A stretch of DNA of 62,215 bases, filler included, from Basidioascus undulatus (taxonomy: Eukaryota), in NCBI GenBank assembly GCA_000826855.1. It is 10 parts of 10 records of this genome, joined end to end, with 100 filler letters (N's around TTAATTAATTAA, not from the genome) between each part and the next. Parts side by side here need not be neighbours in the genome. Positions count along the whole stretch, not along the records: positions 1 to 22,581 come from JTLS01000296.1; positions 22,682 to 24,734 come from JTLS01002963.1; 8 more parts are not named here. The stretch is one strand, 5' to 3'. The translations under genes and the position numbers were made by a program. The notes below the pieces were generated by a model. That model saw only the letters and a list, made by a program, of their open reading frames with translations, did not search any database and was not told the DNA's origin. Each line of letters starts with the position of its first letter. Position 1 is the stretch's first letter. Positions 12,112 to 24,834 of this stretch are shown one piece after another.

Positions 12112-14774
12112 ATGGCTTCTCGGACAGCACTCAGTTTCACAGCAGCAGCGATCGAGCTCGCCCGCTTCGTTCGTCCACACGCTCAAACCGTTCGTTCGAA
12201 ACCACCGGCCGCTCACTTGCGGTGATTCTTTTCAGAAATCGTCCTACGGACCTTGGATAGCAGGACGAGAAGTCGAGGGCCTGGGAGAGCCGATCCCGCT
12301 CTACCCGCCGCATCAGGGCCTGCACGCCGGCAAGCCCCTGCTCGCGACCGTCCACTCGGCGTCCTCTCAACAGGTGGGCTTGTTCCTAGGCCCATTCGAG
12401 GTGCATGAGCTAATAGTATTTCATTCTCATTACCAGTTGGTGGGCGCTCTGAGCTATGCCCAAAAAACATTCGATTCCGGCATCTGGTCTCGCCGCTCCG
12501 CGAACGAACGCGCCGACGTCTTGTCTGCGTTCGCGCAGGGACTGGCGGAACGCTTGCCGGAGCTCGTAGCATGGGAGAGCTTGCAGACTGGGCGGACTGT
12601 CAAAGTGAGTATACATCGTTCTTCTTCTATTCTCTTCATCGCTTCGGAGGCTGACGCACAGTCCCCAGGAAATGAAAGCACAGCTTGCGCGATTGCCGGA
12701 ATGGCTTGAGGTGTGCTGCTGTACATTCAGTATGTCACGCTGTTGGTTGAGAGAGCCTAATATGAAGGAGAGGACCAGTACTTCTCGGCGGTCGCTCGGA
12801 CGCACGAGGGTGCTATCGTCCCCACCTCGGGCCAGTTGTTCAACAGCGTCAACCGTGTGCCGCTCGGCGTCGTCGCGCAGATTACGCCTTGGTCAGTCAA
12901 GTTCTTCTTTTGTACGTCTGGAAGGCCTTAGCTCAACCCTCTTGTGGAACCATCCCCTTCTCATTGCCATAAAAAAGCTCAGCGTTGGACTTGCGGCCGG
13001 CAACAGCGTTGTCGTCAAGCCATCTGAGGTGAGCATACACCTTTCCTTGTTCGTGTCCAAGCTGTTTATTTGAGCGACTCGGCAGCTCGCTCCCTTATCG
13101 GTTCTGGAGCTTGGAAGCATCGCGAAAGATGCCGGTGGTGCGTCGAAGTCCTGGCTTCATACCAAAGGGTGGCTGCATTGACAGTGCGATTCTGCAGTTC
13201 CCGACGGCGTGCTCTCTATCCTGCCTGGTCGCGGAGGCTCTGTCGGCAAGGGCCTCATCTCGAGCCCCCTTGTGCGCAAGGTCGACTTGACGGTGCGTCC
13301 CTATCTCCTTTCCAACGGCTGCGCAGCTGACCGGCAGTGCGTAGGGTGGCACGGAGACGGGGAGACGGATCGGAGGCATTGCTGGAGTGCGTTTTTCGTT
13401 CGTGGACCACTGAACTCGGCCTCAGAAAGGAAGGCTGACTTGGCAGGGCAGGCGAACCTCGCTTCGTACACAGCAGAGCTGGTGAGTAGAAGAACCTTGA
13501 AGCGTGTTCGAGCAGGTGCTGAATTTAAGAGACAACAGGGAGGCAAAGCGCCTGTAATTGTCTTCGATGATGCCAACCTACAGAGCGCTGTCAACGGCTG
13601 TGCTTTCGCGGCTTTCATTGCATCTGGTGAGCCTGCTACGGGAGGCTCCGGCTTCACTGATGCAACCCCGCTCATAACTCTACACTTCCTGCAGGGCAAA
13701 CCTGTCAGTCAAGTTTCAATTGACTTCGAGTCGCGGCGCTGAAGTGACCGTTTCCCCTAACAGGCGTTGCGGGAACCCGTTTCTTGGTTCGGCGTATAGT
13801 CCTCGAGCCGTTCTTGGAGTACCTCCAGGCTAAGATATTTTACATACAATCGATGATGGGTCAGTCGTACGTCCTCGCGTGGCTGTGCATGTCGGACTTC
13901 GACCGCTGAGACCAGTCGCCGCATAGGCGACCCACTCAACCCCGCTTCTCTGATGGGGCCTGTCGTTTCAGATGTAACTGAGCTGTCGGCCCTGTTTCCG
14001 GGATAGCCCCTTTGCTCACACATAGCCACAGACTCAGCTGCGGAAGATCGAGGAGTTGGTCGCTTCCGCTCGGTCGGAAGGGGCAACGGTCCTGGTCGGC
14101 GGCGAACGTATGACTGGGGCGAGCGCATTGGACGGCACGGTCTTCAGTGAAGGGTATTTCTACCCTCCTACGGTCGTTATTGATGTCAAGCCGGGCATGC
14201 GAGTGTGGAACGAGGAGCTGTTCGGTCCGGTCGTCGTCGTCACGCCGTGAGTATGTTTCGTTTGCAGTGTGCAGATGGGCACCTAATCTTCTTGGGATGC
14301 TTTTCAGGTTTGACTCGGAAGGCGAAGCGATCGAACTCGCGAACACCAGCGAGTTTGGGTTGGGTGCGGGCATATGGACGAAAAACGGCGCGAAAGGACT
14401 GCGTGTAGCTGAGCAGGTGTACGCAGGCATCTGCTGGATCAACACCGTGAGCCGTCTTTCATGCTTCCTCTCAACACTAAATCCTTTTTCCTGACCGTAT
14501 CCTTCACTTGAATAGCATCACCGCAACTCGCCGAGCTCGCCGTGGGGCGGGACGACTGCAGGCAGCGGCCTCGGTCGCGAGAACGGCAAGTCTCTGGCCA
14601 ATCTGTCACGACCGGATGCGGGATGCTTATCAAACAATACTTCTCACAGGTCTCGAGGCATACAAGGCTTACACCCAAAGCAAATCTTTAATTATCGACT
14701 ATGCCGACGAAAGCGTTGCGCGGACGGCGGAGGACTGGTTTGGAGACGTTTTGCGGGATGTCCGCTATGGCTGA
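12112..14774 (+). CDS. NAD(P)+-dependent aldehyde dehydrogenase (very intron-rich)
   Basis: Spliced motifs PLGVVAQITP, WNHPLLIA, GNSVVVKPSE, AEL/GGKAP, ASGQTCVAGTR (catalytic Cys), EELFGPV, FGLGAGIWT, SPWGG..GSGLGRENG. Confidence 0.92.
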
Positions 14775-15125
14775 GCGACTGTGTGCTTGTTCTTTGGTAC
14801 ATGTAGACTCGCATATACAACCTGAAACTTCTTAAGGAAAATGTGCTCTGCCTATGGCTTTGAAACTCGTGCAAAGAGCAGAACGACATTTTTCGTCGCA
14901 GTGCAGGACAAACCACCTCCACGTCATGTCGCCGTCCCTGATGAGCGCCGCCCGCCTCGCCGGCCCGGTTGACCTTCGTCGCTCACCACCGCCAACATTT
15001 CGTTCCTCTCTCGCTCGTCCAGCATCGTCGCCGCTATATAGAAACCCAACAGACGACGACTACACCTGCACGTATATCGAACCCACCGCTCTGGCATCGG
15101 ACTCGTTCGTGCGCAGCCTGCCGCC

Positions 15126-18100
15126 ATGAACAACCGCCTCGCGGCCTACGGTGCCGTCTCATCGCTCTTGACCGCGTCGGTCATCGTGAGCGCCTTTCGG
15201 CATCACAGCAACTTCTATGCGGCCACCGTATGGCTCAGCAAGAGTAGCGGCTGTGCTCTGGTCAGTCCAACGCCCCTTGCCGGCGAGTAGCGGACCTAAC
15301 GGAGCTGACCTCTCCCGTCTCTTCGGCAGATCATGGCCAATTTCGCGGTGTTCATGGCATTGTGCTTCGGAAAGGCGCTGCAGAAGGTGTTTTTTGGAGA
15401 GCTGAGGCCGATGGAGATCGAGGTGAGCTCCAGTGGCATATATCAGGCAAGGGCGTGGCGAGGTTCTGATGCGCTGAGGGGGACTGGCACAGCACCTGTA
15501 CGAGCGGGCGTGGTACGGCGTCACGGAGTCTCTCCTGGCGATGACCATGTTCCGAGATGAGTTTGATGTGAGTCCATATGGCGAGGAGGAAAGTCCAAGG
15601 CGCACTCTCCTACTCACACTGCCTTGCCTTTGCTCGCGTGACCAGACTCTTTGCGGCGTCATGTTCGGCGTCCTCATGTTCATCAAGGTCTTCCACTGGA
15701 TTGCGAACGACCGAGTCGAATGGGTGCGCCTCGTTCCTGTATTCCTGAGAGGCTCTCCTTCTAAAAGGCCTAGCTGCGCTGCGTAGATGGAGCAGTCCCC
15801 CAACATCAACTGGCTCTTCATCACTCGCATGAACGCTGTTCTCTCTCTCCTCATCTCAATCGACATCCTTCTCCTCTCGCTTTCGATTGCCGACGTCTAC
15901 GTCCATGGAGTCACGATGATGGTTCTGTTCGCGTCCGAGGTCTGTCCACTCGCCCAGTGCTTCCACGCCACGCAGACAGCCGACATCCGGTCCCTGCAGT
16001 ACATGATCCTATTCGCGACCGCTCTCACAACGATCCTCAAGTTCGTGATCAACCTCATCGACATGCGCACGGAGGGGACGTGGGAGAACAAGTCGCTTTA
16101 CGTGCTCTACGTCGAGCTGTTCACCGGTATGTTGACCATTTTCAAACGATTGCGGCGCAATCATCTGACGTTCTGGATTTTACAGACTTTTTGAAGCTCG
16201 TCTCATACGTCGGCTTTTTCTGCATCATCCTCACGAGCTACGGCCTGCCGCTCAACATTCTGCGCGATGTATACATCACTACGCGCTCGTTCATCCTGAA
16301 ATGTCGGGACCGTACGTCTCTCATAACCTCGCCTTGTTGCTCTTTGATTTACCCAAGGACCACCTTTCCCAGTCATGCGCTACCGCGCTGCGACTCGCCA
16401 CCTCGACGAGCTCTATCCGAGTGCGACTGCGGAGGAGCTCGAGGCGCTCTCGGACAAGACGTGCATCATCTGCCGCGAGGACCTTGTCCACGCGTCGGTC
16501 CTCGCCGCTCAAGCCGCTGCCGAGGCCGAGGCGAACGGCACGACTCCCGGTCCGGTCCGGACGGCGTCCGGCCTCGACGAGACGCCGAAGAAGCTGCCGT
16601 GCGGGCACATCTTCCATCGTCATTGCTTGAAGAGCTGGCTCGAGAGACAGCAGAGCTGCCCAACCTGGTGCGTCGTCGTCCATGCATTGGCCTCTGAGGG
16701 CGGAACTGACCTGTTTTTTTTTTTCGCGTAGCCGTGCGTCTGTTCTGGTTCGCCCCCCGCCGCAGGAACAGGCGCCTGCCGGTGCGCAACCCGCTCCAGG
16801 TCCCGCAAATCGCGCACTGGGCGCCCCGCCGCCGCCGCAGCCCGGTCAAGCTCCTCAATTTCCGGCCCCCGCAAGCGGTTCCGCTGGTCCTTCGGCCACC
16901 GCCGCGCCTTCCGCTGCGGGTTCGTCAGCGGGGCCGAGCACATCTGCTTCCGCTGCTTCGCAGAGCGCCCCCGTATCCACCAGCTCGTCACGCCAGCACC
17001 GCACCTCACGGCGCGCAATCGACGCGAACAACCCTCTCGCCCAGCTCTTGCAGTTTCCGCCCTCTCTCTCACTACCCATCCTCACCGGCGGTCCGCTCGG
17101 CCAGCAGCCGCAGCCCGCGCAGCACGGTCTGGCGCTTCCGAACGTCTGGCAGCAGGCGTTCAGTTTTCACCGCACGCGCCCGGCACCGCCTCGTCCCGTG
17201 CCCGCGGGCACCGCTTCGCCGTCAGGCGCATCCCCAGGCGGAGAGACGGGCTTACCAGAGATGCGCTTGCCATTCCCCCTTGTCCCCACCGCAGCCACGC
17301 GTCCGCCTTCCCCTAGCAATTCCAACGCGTCGCCAGTTTCTCCGGCCGTGTCGCCTGTCGCCACCGCCCCAGGTGCGGCCCCCATCTCACCTTCATCGCC
17401 GGCATCGCCGGAGGACGCGCCGGAACCGCAATCGGCCCGGGAAGCAGCAGCTGCCGCCGCACAGCGCCGCTTTGCGGCGTTGGCGACCCGGGGAAGGCCG
17501 TCCCTTTCCCCGTCCGCGTCGAGCGATGCCGCCGCTCCCTCTTCCAATCCCGCCACCACTCCCGCCCCTGTACCTTTATCCCCCATGCCAGCGCCGACGT
17601 CTTCCCTCTCCGTGCCCGCGGCCGCGGCACGCCTCACTCCCCTTCCGCCTTCACCACAAGCCGCTTCTGCTGCGCCTTCCCCCACTTCAGCACCTCAATC
17701 CAGCGCACCCTTCCCCTACAGCGCACTTCCTCGGCTCATCCCTCTCGCCCGCCCCGTTTCCCCCCTCGGTCTCGCTACCCCTCCGGGATCCTCTGCGTCG
17801 CCTTCCACCGCTGCTCACCATGTTCCACCGCTGCTCGTCTCCCGCCCGGACCTCAAAGAGCAGCTGCGGACGATCACGCGTCTGCAAGCAACCTTGACAG
17901 AGTCGCTCGCGCAGCTCACCCGATCGCTCGGCACGAACGCGCCGGCGCCGTCCGCTGCGGCAACGGCCTCGCCGTCAGCGCCGCAGGCACCGCCACCGCC
18001 TTCATCCGAAGACGTGCCGCCCGCGCGCGAGGAGGCGAAGCGGGACAAGGGCAAGCAGCCGATCGAGGGAGTGAATGCGGTTCCGGTGGCGGAGACCGGG

Positions 18101-18166
18101 CAGGAGGGCTGGGAGGATGATGAGCCTGAGGTGGTTAGCAGCGATAGCTTGGGTTCGGCAGCGTAG
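15126..18166 (+). CDS. HRD1: ERAD E3 ubiquitin ligase HRD1/synoviolin
   Basis: N-terminal TM region (SNFYAATVWL, FFGELRPMEIE, HLYERAWYGVTESLLAMTMFRDEFD, FIKVFHW, WENKSLY), RING-H2 CIICREDL...PKKLPCGHIFHRHCLKSWLERQQSCPT, long Pro/Ser/Ala-rich tail. Confidence 0.95.
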
Positions 18167-18297
18167 TCTCCGGTTCTTACCTTCATTAATTCTTTCGAGC
18201 ACACACCACACTCTTTGCATTTGTGATGCGGTCCCTCGTATACCATGTCAATGTTCATTCACTTGCGATACCCTCTTCCTTCCGCCTAGCACGCTGC

Positions 18298-19183
18298 CTA
18301 CTTGCTGCTGCTCCCCTCCCGCAAGATCTTGCTCGCCTCCGCGCCGCTCGCGCGCCCCGCTGCCCGCTGAGTGAACTCCTTCATGATCCTGCCGGTGCTC
18401 TTGGCGAGCTGCTCCGGCGCAATGGCGAGCTCCGAGATGATCCTGTCCAGCAGCGTGCGGATCTCGTCGGTGGTGAGCGGCGGAGGCACGAACGCCTTGA
18501 GTAGCTCCGCTTCCCGCTCCTCCTTCTCCGCTAGGTCTTCCCGCCCCGCTGCGCGGAATTGGGACGCTGCGTCCGCCTACGGACGGTGGAGTAATGAGGG
18601 CAGGGTCGATCGAAGGTGGGTGGGACGGGATCGTCAGATAGAGTGCGAGGGAATGGTGAGCGGTCATGCCTTCCCAGCACGTATGATCGAAATGGAACGG
18701 ACCCTGCGCGCAATGGACTTGTTGATGAGACCCGTCAACGCGCCCTCGGTCGACTCTTTCGCGTTCGGCTGCTTCTCAGCGTAACCGATCTCGGAGATGA
18801 CGGACTGCGAGGCCAACAGTCCAGCGTCCTCTTGTCAGTCAAAGGTACGGGTACTTGAGATAAAGAGCTGTTGAGTTTCTGGGAAGGTTCAACAGGCTCT
18901 CGGAACGGAGAAGCGTACACGGTAAACAGTGGACGCGAACGCATTCTTCTCCCGCATGGCCTGCTTAAGCGCGTCCTTGAGCTGCGTCTTGATAGGAGTC
19001 TCTGCAACAGCATCTGATTGATAGTAAGCGGAACGAATCGAAATGAGAGCATGGCGCAGCGGCGAGTCTCCGATGGCACAAGAGGGAAAGAAGAGTCGAA
19101 GCACCATTGCGGACGATCGCGCTTCTAGAGAAGGCGCGCGCGGCGGAGCGCAGGGTCAGATGAAGAGGAGCGGCGGCGAGCAT
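18298..19183 (-). CDS. AIM41: Mitochondrial YqeY/GatB-domain protein (AIM41-like)
   Basis: Presequence-like start, LKDALKQAMREKN, SVISEIGYAEK, SQFRAAGREDLAEKEEREAELLKAFVPPPLTTDEI, TGRIMK. Confidence 0.85.
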
Positions 19184-19685
19184 GTTCGTTGTTACTCAGT
19201 GCGCGACAGAGTGAAGGGTTGGCGCGGTGGTGGTTGACGAAGACAACAAGAGAGCAGGCAAGCAGGGCCAAGCGAGAAGACCGGGAAGTACGGGTAGCTT
19301 ATGAGGCGAGTCGCTGGCGCCCAGCAGCGGCGCCAAAGTTGTTCCTGCCATTAGGTCGCACGCACTGATTGAATCGCATGTAGGTGCTTATCGTTCAAGT
19401 GTTCGAGATGCTTTTGTAGAACGGAAAGATCGACATGTAGGCTCCGAATACCTCGTAAGCTGAAGTGTTACGCTCGTCCGGAGTCCACAGCTCGCTCACG
19501 TCGAATCTTGCACGATAGGTTCATCTTGATGCAAAGACTAGCCACAGCCTTTCCGCTCTCTCACGAAGAAGAACATGCAGCAGTTTTAGGCCACACGAGA
19601 CGCCTATAACACACAAAAAACAAATGAGAGACAGAGTCCGCAAGGAGCTATGCATGGTCAAAGAGCCGCGATCGGAGCGATCACG

Positions 19686-20996
19686 CTACTCCTCGGGGAC
19701 CTCGATCTCACCTGGATACAAGTACGTCCGGGATCAGTACGAGTGGACGGGTTCTGGGCCTGAGCCTGAAAGCAGCGATGGGAAACTCACCCTCGTCGAT
19801 GGCCTCGATGACGTCGTGTGGGGGCTTGCCGTCGATGGTGCAGCCGACGGACTAAACACGCAATGAAAAGCGCGGGGTCCGATCGATATGTCAGTAAGAT
19901 GCAAGCACCTGGGCGGAATCGGTGGTACGGTCAGGCCTGGGAAAGGCAGAAAAGGACGAACCTGAGCGGTGCCGAGGATCTCCTTGACGGTGCCGGAGAG
20001 CTGCTTGGCGAGCGAGCGGGAGCGCATGATGCGCGCGATCTCGACAATCTCGTCGAAGGGAATGTTGCCACTGTGCTTGACGTTCTTCTCCTTCTTGCGG
20101 TCGCGGGGAGGCTCTGTTCATTGGTAGGCAGATAGGCACAGGACGTGCTCGTTAGCTCAAAAGGTGAAAGGAGGGGTCGGGAAGTTGGAAAAAGCCGATG
20201 TCGGGAAAGTAGGAAACGGAGGAAAGAGAGGGGAGCAGGGAGGGAAAGATGGAGCGAAGACGGACCCTTGAGAGCGCGGATGACGAGCGACGAAGCGGAG
20301 GGGACGACCGAGACCGCGGCTTGACGGTTCTGGATCGTGAGCTGCACGGTGACGCGCAGGCCCTTCCAGTCGGAAGTCGCCTTCGCGATGTCCTCACCGA
20401 CCTTCTTGGGGGACTGTTGTTGCGCACCCACGCACACATCCACGCTATCAGTCCTTGTGCCTGGGAATAAGGAGCGGCACGAGAATGTGACGGACGAGAC
20501 CAAGAGGACCTGGAGTGTGGGGCGATGAACGTTAGAAATGAGGGCGGCTGATGAGGGGGAAAGGGGGAAGGGAAAAGGGGGAAGGAGAAGAGAAGAGACG
20601 GACCGATCTTGGGCGCAAGCGCGGAGGAGGCACCGACCTCACCACCGGTCGCACGGAGGTAGATGATCTTCACCTCGTTCGGGTCGAGCTTGGGGGCCTA
20701 GGTGCGGGGGAAGGGGGTCGAATGGGTCAGTTAGGCTGACGCAAGGTGGGTAGATGATAGCCGGGGCGGGGCGAGGTTGGCCGGTCAAGAGCAGTGCGGA
20801 GATCAAGAGGGGTGATGTGCGGGTCGTTGAAAGAGCGCGTCTGCCCCTGGCTACGCCCTTGAAGTGGACAGGCATCCATGCCAAAGTCGCATGCATCCTC
20901 GATCACGGCCCGCCTTCCTGCTTGGATTCCCGGCTCTCACTCCCCCGCCGGCCTGCCCTCAACTCATACCAGCCATACACGACAAAGACTCACCAT
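19686..20996 (-). CDS. RPL12: 60S ribosomal protein L12 (uL11)
   Basis: [50 protein letters not shown]...[25 protein letters not shown]...[11 protein letters not shown]...EIEVPEE*; ATG at 20996-20994 directly followed by GTGAGT; 14-nt exon at 20496-20509. Confidence 0.97.
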
Positions 20997-22581
20997 CTTG
21001 ACTGTCCATCGGCAACCCAACACACATCAGAATTCCCCGGGTGACGCAACAACAAACAGCGAGCATTGATCGGCCGAGGGTGAGGATTGGAGCGTGTGAG
21101 CGAACGGAAGAGCGTGAGCGGGCAGCGAAAAGACGGGACGGAGGGGGGAAGTGGGAGAGAGCAGGGAGAACATTAGTAATTCTTCTTTGAAATAGTGGGA
21201 GTGCGTGGGGGCGAGACTCACCGTCGCGACGGGGTCGATGAGAACGGGAGGCCAACGGCGAGGGCGCACAGGTTTCCCCTTGAGCGAGAAGACGCATCCG
21301 CGGATGGACTGCGGATATCCTCCCTTTCGGCCAACGCCGGAATTCAAGGCCAGCTGGCTTTCGGAAACTGGCGTGTTGGCTGCATTGCAATTTCTACATT
21401 CTTTTGTGGCAGATGCTTATGAGGTTGTCGAAGGTGAAGAAGATAGGGGTGAATGCATAGGTCGCTGAGAGGGAGATGCCTGAGGCTGAAGCTGTTCAAC
21501 CCAGAAGGGCTTCCCTCAGAGCGTCCTGTCCTTCACCACATTCACCATTCCTTCCCGTCAACATCGGACACTCGGCACTTCAACGCAGGTTGTATAGCGA
21601 GTTCAGCATCAGCAGGCTGCAGCAACAGGGCCGCAACGGGTTGCAGCGCTCGTGCTGGAGGAAGCGAGGAACACCATACTTGTGGCCTTCGACTCACACC
21701 AGCATGAGCAATGCCGCTTGATTACTCACAACAAGCGTACCGGCGTGCATGGGCTCTAAAGTGCAAGCCATCGAACCCCGTATACACGACCGACATACCT
21801 CGTCGCTGCGTTTCAGCGCCCGCGAACTCGGGGCCAGCGGGCCTTCATGGTCAGCATCAGCACACCCTTTCCCCCTTCGAGCGCACGTTCTCGCTTCATT
21901 TCTGGTCGCACAGTGCGGGTGTTGCATGTCCACCGGAGCGCCAATATTGAGGGAACGCCCCCCGCCGCAGACAAGCGTTGTCTCCGTAACTACCGCCGCG
22001 GAGCCTGTTTCAAGCATCACTTCTTCCCGGTCTCGATATCACAATCTCTACGAGCGCACCTCTTCCACCTCCTACGCCTCTCTTTCCTCTCATCTGATCC
22101 TTAGCCTGCCAATAAACCCATCCACAACGTGCCCAACGACGACGACACCCTTGCGCACGGTCATTCCGGGCCTCCACCGGACCGGATATTCCCACGCACT
22201 TGGGAGCCGACCGAGATGATGCATGCCCGCGTCTTCCCTGCTCGCCGCATCGAATCTGCCTCTGCCCGCCCCTCGATCGACATCGGCACAGGCAATAACA
22301 TCGAGCCAGGAGCACGATCAGCCGCGTCCAACGGGCTATCGCCAGCGCAGGACCCGCCGGACAACCCGTTCGAGCACTGCCTGCATCTGCCCCAATCCCT
22401 CACCGCCCACCGCCGGACGCCCTCCCCGCTCCGCATCGCCGCAGCCTCGCTGACTGTCTGCGCCAACCATCATAACCACACTCAAAACAACAACCACCCC
22501 AAAACCCCCACCGAGCTCGGTCTCATCCTCACCGCGCTCGAAGGCGAAGCCGGCTCCTCTTACCCCCCACCGCATTCTCTC

Positions 22582-22681
22582 NNNNNNNNNNNNNNNNNNN
22601 NNNNNNNNNNNNNNNNNNNNNNNNNTTAATTAATTAANNNNNNNNNNNNNNNNNNNNNNNNNNNNNNNNNNNNNNNNNNNN
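22582..22681. other. Artificial contig spacer N44-TTAATTAATTAA-N44 (repeated at 24735, 26887, 29037, 31186, 33335, 35483, 57926, 60071)
   Basis: Nine identical 100-nt blocks carrying a 12-mer with stop codons in all six frames. Confidence 0.99.
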
Positions 22682-23320
22682 ACAGGCCGCGCGCGCCTCT
22701 CTACCCTGCGCTCAACCTCGCCTCGAACGCATCGCTCGCGCCCCACCCAACAGACCGCCCGCCAAGCATCCCTCACGCACTATCCCCTCCTGCACTACCA
22801 GCTGTCGCGCTACCTCTCCCTCGCGGCGCGCGCAGGGTTTTCCGTCCCCTGGAGCGTTGCGCGTTTTCTGTGCGCGCCGCCGGAGCATGTGTGCCGGGCG
22901 CGCGCACGGGCGCGGCTTGAGAGTGCGCACTACTCGAAGCCTGGGATTGGGAGGAAGGTGGTGCGTGGGGGTGAATTCCACGATGCCCCGCCGCGGTTGG
23001 GGGAGATGGAGAGGGGGGAGAGGCTGGCGCTTTGAGAGAGGGACTGGGGCGGAGAGGGACTGGGAAGGGATGGGACGCTTTTCTTGTTTTTGTTTGTGAT
23101 GTCGCTTGAACAGTGCTCGATCTTTCTTTTGCGTTTTTGATTCTCGTTCGTACGCTCGCGCTCTTCGTTTCCGCTCCGTTCTTCCCTTCGTGCTTCGTGC
23201 TTTCCATTATCCAGCTATGACACACTGTCCTTGCCCTTGCGTCTCTCCTCTGCGTGCGCGTGCGTCCTGAACCAAAACACAACACGCAGAAGACCGCGTG
23301 TTAGGCAGTGAGAAAAACGT

Positions 23321-23835
23321 TCATTCCGACAGCCCCTCATCGTATCTCCTCTTCAGCGCGCGGTACTTCTTGAGCGAGTACAGCGCGAGCGTCTCTGTCC
23401 CCGCGCCCCCATCAAAAACCACCCACCAGAAACCATAAGCACCCGCTCATTCACCTTCTCCCTCTCTCGTTCCTCAGAGCGACCCAGCGCACCTTTCTTG
23501 ATATACTCCCCCAGCGCCAGCGCCTTCCTAATCTCCTCCTCGTTCGTCAAATGCCGGTTCCCTGTCCCCCTCCACCATCTCCCTCCCGCTCAGCCATCCA
23601 CTCATCCCACCCATACCTCTCCCCCCAGACTCACGTTCGTACCCCCTCCGCAGCTTCCCGAGAAAATCATACTTCGGGTCCGGATCTGCTTCGCCTCCCT
23701 CCAGGTCAACCGAGGGACAGCGGGGAGGAGAGAGGAAGAGGAGGGAGGGAGGGACGCACACTCGCGCCCTATTCGGTGCAGGTCTTTGTACAGGCGTATT
23801 GCGGCCCAGCGGAGTTGGGGGTTGGCGGCGACCAT
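23321..23835 (-). CDS. LYR-motif protein (LYRM5/ETFRF1-like)
   Basis: Spliced MVAANPQLRWAAIRLYKDLHRIGRE/PDPKYDFLGKLRR/...NRHLTNEEEIRKALALGEYIKK/ETLALYSLKKYRALKRRY. Confidence 0.85.
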
Positions 23836-24085
23836 CGGAATCTGGACGTGCGAGATGGAGATGAGCGCGTCCGGGCAAGGGAGGTCGAAGACGCCGGCCC
23901 GAAGGAAGCGAGTTTAGAGTGGGAGATGACGTAAAGTTCGATTGCCGATCCTTCTCGCGATGCCTGCACCGTCTTCAGTTCGCATCGCAGGTTGAGCATG
24001 GACCACGCCTACACGAGCAGTATGAAACCCCTCTCACCGACGTTGCTCTTTATCCGCACACCAACCTGAAAAAAAAAGAACCGCC

Positions 24086-24734
24086 ATGGCCTCCCTCGCC
24101 GCGCTCCTCCCCGCCTCACCACTCAAAGAGACCCTCCTCGCCGCCGCAGTGCTCCAAGGCCTCGGCGCGGCGATCTGCATCCCGTTGAAGGAAGATCGGT
24201 TCTATGATCTGTTCGGGTCGCTCGGTGCGTCTCGTCCCCACCCACCACCATCCCCATGCCCGTCCTTCCCTCGCTACCTACAATGCCATCTTGGGCTGAA
24301 CGAGAAGTCGCCAGGCTTCATCTCCTCCGTCGGCATCTCGCTGTACTACCCGACCCTCCGCACGCGGCTCCTCACGGGACAGAACGTGCCATTCCCTTCG
24401 CTTTTGTGTTTCCACCCCCGCCAGGTGCTAGCGAGCGCGATGACTGTCCTGTGGGCGGGTCGGCTGGGGTTCGTCGTTTCACCCCTTCTTCCCTTCCCCC
24501 GCGTAGCTGACTCACGGCGAAGGTACTTCCTCTTCACCCGCGCGCTCAAGCACGGCGGCGACTCGCGCTTTGACGAGATCAAGAAAGACCCCAAGAAGTT
24601 TGCGGGCGCGTGGACGGGGCAGATCGGTGCATCTTTCTCTCGTCCCCTCCTCCTTCCCTTCCGTCCTTTCCCCCTTTACCCCTCCGTCCTTCCCTCCCTC
24701 CCTCCTTCCCTCCCTCCCTCCTTCCCTCCCTCCC
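24086..24734 (+). CDS. DUF1295 (steroid 5-alpha-reductase-like) membrane protein, 5' part, truncated at contig end
   Basis: EDRFYDLFGSLG, HPRQVLASAMTVLWAGRLG, FLFTRALKHGGDSRFDEIKKDPKKFAGAW. Confidence 0.85.
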
Positions 24735-24834
24735 NNNNNNNNNNNNNNNNNNNNNNNNNNNNNNNNNNNNNNNNNNNNTTAATTAATTAANNNNNNNNNN
24801 NNNNNNNNNNNNNNNNNNNNNNNNNNNNNNNNNN

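Noticed and set aside
4470..14774. Secondary-metabolite cluster (dioxygenase + methyltransferases + ALDH)
   Set aside because: The methyltransferases are protein-modifying housekeeping types and no backbone enzyme is present.
20698..21221. Intronic C/D-box snoRNA in RPL12 introns
   Set aside because: No convincing RUGAUGA...CUGA pair with rRNA complementarity found by eye.
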